From: Candidatus Caldarchaeum sp.
GTDB lineage: Archaea > Thermoproteota > Nitrososphaeria_A > Caldarchaeales > Caldarchaeaceae
Length of the DNA: 24,000 nt
Assembly (NCBI GenBank): GCA_033580815.1
Contig: JAVQUC010000010.1
Coordinates: 1-24,000 of the forward strand
Reading direction: 5' to 3'
Made by a program: the position numbers and the translations under genes. The stretch's first letter is position 1, and each line of letters opens with the position of its first letter. The notes below the pieces were generated by a model. It saw nothing but the letters and a program-made list of their open reading frames with translations. It searched no databases and was not told the DNA's origin. Below, piece after piece: positions 21,631 to 24,000 of this stretch.

Positions 21631-22962
21631 TTGGGTTCAGAGACGGTAACTTCCGATGAGATGGCTGTTCTCGATGAAAATTCAGAGTTTATGGGCGTGA
21701 AACGGCTGATGCTGATGGAGAATGCCGGGGCCGCGGTCGCCCGGGATGTCGCCACTTTTCTTGAACGCGTTGAGAAAAGGAAGGTGTTGGTTTTATGCGG
21801 TCCTGGAAACAATGGGGGAGATGGGTTCGCAGCAGCTCGTCACCTAGCCTGCATGGGCGCGACGGTGAATGTCTTGCTTCTAGCAGACCCCTCCAAAATT
21901 AGAACAGAAGAGGCGCGAACAAACTATGAATCCGTTAAGAACATGAAAACTTCCATCACCCTACATGTTGTCGACAATACCGAGAAACTTCTCAGCTTAA
22001 CGCAGCTGTTCGAGGAGGCTGATGCAATCGTGGACGCGATCTTGGGTACGGGGGCTAGGGGAGCACTGTCGGAGCTTTTCAGAACGGCGGTAACTCTCGC
22101 AAACGACTCGAAGGCTTTCAAGCTCGCCGTCGACATTCCCACCGGCCTCGACCCCGACACCGGAGATGGAGAAATCTTTTTTCAACCGACTCTGGTGGTC
22201 GCTTTACACAAACCTAAACCCGTCCATGAAAAATTCCGCGAAAAAACCGTCGTCGAAAAAATTGGGATGCCCCCAGAAACGGAGCTGTTGGCCGGCCCTG
22301 GTCAGCTGAAGCTACTGCTTAGAAAGACCGGTGCCTCAAAAATTACAGCGGGTCGGCTTGCATACGTCTTCGGAGAATCGGGGCCTGAACAAAGAACGAG
22401 GGATTTTCTCAAATCGCTTAAAGGGTTTACAGCCTTCTGCGACCTAAACATGCTCGTCGAAAGCACGGAACTCCGTTACGCGGTCGCTTCTTCGAAAGCA
22501 GTTCTTCTATCCCAGGATGTCAGCCCGTCGTCAATCAAGCCGTTTCTTCCGAGGAGTCAACCCGTGGTCTTGACAACGCCTTCCGGCTTCTTGCCCAACC
22601 CGATTTACGTTCTTTGGAGCGATAAACCGATGCAGCAGGATTTCGGGTCAAAGCACGCCTCGTATTTGCGGGATGTCGAAGAGCTGTGCAGGAAGCTCGC
22701 CGCGCCGGTGTATGTGGTCAGCGAAGTGGACATCGTGTCAAACGGAGTTAAAGCATGGGCTAACTGGATGGGAAGGCCGGTGAAACAAGCTCATTTCCTA
22801 TACGTACCAGCTCTGGTTGCTTGGTTTGTAGCAGCGGGAGCCGACGTCCTACTCTCGATGGCGTCGACCAGCTACATCCTCCGTTCGGCCGAAAACATTC
22901 AGCTGGAAAACCCGGTAGCGTTGGCGGAGCACGTGACCAAAACTATCGAGCGAATGGCCTAA
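21631..22962 (+). CDS. nnr: NAD(P)H-hydrate epimerase (YjeF_N) fused to a divergent YjeF_C-like (dehydratase/carbohydrate-kinase-fold) domain
   Basis: The N-terminal domain shows VTSDEMAVLDENSEFMGVKRLMLMENAGAAVA and VLVLCGPGNNGGDGFAAARHL. The C-terminal half is collinear with YjeF_C (VLTTPSGF, VYVVSEVDIVSNG) but lacks the usual GGS..Y.GAP and G.GD motifs. It starts with TTG. Confidence 0.75.
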   Translation: MGSETVTSDEMAVLDENSEFMGVKRLMLMENAGAAVARDVATFLERVEKRKVLVLCGPGNNGGDGFAAARHLACMGATVNVLLLADPSKIRTEEARTNYESVKNMKTSITLHVVDNTEKLLSLTQLFEEADAIVDAILGTGARGALSELFRTAVTLANDSKAFKLAVDIPTGLDPDTGDGEIFFQPTLVVALHKPKPVHEKFREKTVVEKIGMPPETELLAGPGQLKLLLRKTGASKITAGRLAYVFGESGPEQRTRDFLKSLKGFTAFCDLNMLVESTELRYAVASSKAVLLSQDVSPSSIKPFLPRSQPVVLTTPSGFLPNPIYVLWSDKPMQQDFGSKHASYLRDVEELCRKLAAPVYVVSEVDIVSNGVKAWANWMGRPVKQAHFLYVPALVAWFVAAGADVLLSMASTSYILRSAENIQLENPVALAEHVTKTIERMA

Positions 22963-24000
22963 TGACTGACAGACCTCGCAGATACTGCTGTAAAACCGTT
23001 GGAATTTCAACGGAGCCGTCTCTCCTCTGATAGTTTTCGAGTATTGCGACGATTGTTCTTTCGGTCGCGATAGCCGTACTGTTCAACGTATGAACGAAGT
23101 CAGTCTCTTCGACGTGTGGAGCTTCTCGGTATCTTATCTCGAGCCCGACAGCCTGGTAGTCTGTGCAGTTGCTGCATGAAACCACCTCACGGTATCTCCC
23201 TTGAGCAGGCATCCAAACCTCGAGGTCGTATTTCTTCGCCGCCACCGGCCCCAGTTCCCCCACACAGATGTTAACGACCCTGTATGGTAAACCCAGGTTT
23301 CTGTAAATCTCCTCAGCATTAGAGATCAGAAATTCATGCTCAGCCCAAGACTGAGAAGGCTTGGTGAAACTGAACTGCTCGACCTTCTCAAACTGATGAA
23401 CCCTGAAAATTCCCTTGGTGTCTTTCCCGTGGGCTCCAGCCTCCTTGCGGAAACAGGGGCTGATGCCTGCGTACCGTATCGGAAGAATTCTCCCATCAAG
23501 TATTTCACCTGCGTGAAGGCCAGCGAGCGGATGCTCAGCAGTGCCGATAAGATAGAGATCTTCCCCATCGATTTTGTACAACATGTCTTCAAAATCTTGA
23601 AAGCTAACAACCCCCTCCATTATCCTACGAGTCAGCATGTAAGGAGGTTGTACAAGCCTAAACCCTTTGCTCCTGAGGAATTCTAGACCGTAAATCGCTA
23701 GGGCCCAATTGAGCAGCACGAGGTCGTCAAAAAGGTAATAGAACCTGGCACCCGCAACAGATGCCGCTGTTTCTAGGTCGGCTACTCCTAGGGTTTCAAG
23801 AAGGGTGACGTGGTCCTTCATCCAGTCTTCTCTCTTCGGCTCACCCCATTCACGGATAACTATGTTGTCATCCTCCGATTCCCCGTCAGGAACAGATTCG
23901 TGCGGCGGGTTTGGAGTCCGCACCAAAAGGTCGTGAAGTTTCGCATCTACCTCTGATAGCTTCTGCTCTTTTTCTTCGATTTTTTGGTTAACTTCGGTCA
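22943..24000 (-). CDS. serS: Seryl-tRNA synthetase (C-terminal about 352 aa; the 5' end lies beyond the window)
   Basis: It has class II motif 2 CFRKEAGAHGKDTKGIFRVHQFEKVEQF, the SCSNCTDYQA segment, and motif 3 HTLNSTAIATERTIVAILENYQ. The frame stays open upstream of the track ORF start (23926) to position 24000, reading ...TEVNQKIEEKEQKLSEVDAKLHDLLVRTPNPPHESVPDG. Confidence 0.95.
   Translation of the reverse strand, partial: TEVNQKIEEKEQKLSEVDAKLHDLLVRTPNPPHESVPDGESEDDNIVIREWGEPKREDWMKDHVTLLETLGVADLETAASVAGARFYYLFDDLVLLNWALAIYGLEFLRSKGFRLVQPPYMLTRRIMEGVVSFQDFEDMLYKIDGEDLYLIGTAEHPLAGLHAGEILDGRILPIRYAGISPCFRKEAGAHGKDTKGIFRVHQFEKVEQFSFTKPSQSWAEHEFLISNAEEIYRNLGLPYRVVNICVGELGPVAAKKYDLEVWMPAQGRYREVVSCSNCTDYQAVGLEIRYREAPHVEETDFVHTLNSTAIATERTIVAILENYQRRDGSVEIPTVLQQYLRGLSVIRPFAR

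Noticed and set aside
1-24000. Search by eye for CRISPR repeats, IS elements or transposases, integrases, and tRNA-fragment direct repeats (att sites) near the four tRNA genes
   Set aside because: I saw no spaced identical repeats, no terminal inverted repeats and no recombinase-like ORF. The shared GGGCCCG...CCCACCGGGCCC strings are the acceptor and T arms of separate intact tRNA genes, not att duplications. A computational repeat search would be needed to be definitive.

Overview
This is a gene-dense archaeal chromosomal segment. The archaeal, TACK-like assignment rests on several features: a PolD small subunit (DP1), an ESCRT-III/CdvB-like protein, archaeal-type LeuRS and SerRS, and a tRNA with a bulge-helix-bulge intron. 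tRNA-His also has a genome-encoded G-1, and TATA boxes sit about 25-30 nt upstream of several start codons, implying leaderless or short-leader mRNAs. I support about 31 protein genes, two of which run off the window edges, and one of which is a 47-aa YHS-domain gene absent from the ORF track. There are 4 tRNA genes: Arg-GCG, Arg-TCT with an intron, His-GTG and a CAT-anticodon tRNA. Recognisable genes and modules are:
- hypA plus an Mrp/MinD-type hypB-like ATPase, next to a hydrogenase/AsrA-like subunit fragment
- leuS, a DsrE-like protein and a radical SAM enzyme
- ridA, and lutC plus a fused lutB-lutA
- a long Trm112-like protein, a multi-TM processive-type GT2, ksgA and a macro domain protein
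- trxB flanked by two Rieske paralogs
- a SAM methyltransferase, nnr and serS
I saw no CRISPR array, rRNA, transposase, integrase or obvious defence genes. Most of the window is housekeeping and nothing in it is demonstrably a new system. The best candidates for a second look are:
- the YHS / Rieske / Zn-ribbon-membrane operon divergent from trxB, with a second Rieske paralog
- the 4-TM membrane protein directly upstream of the ESCRT-III homolog
- the non-canonical T-arm intron in tRNA-Arg(TCT)
- the orphan beta-propeller plus 103-aa pair beside DP1
- degenerate domains in the Nnr and LutA parts
- the fact that every convergent CDS pair overlaps at its 3' ends
All functional calls come from motif recognition by eye. 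No database search was run.
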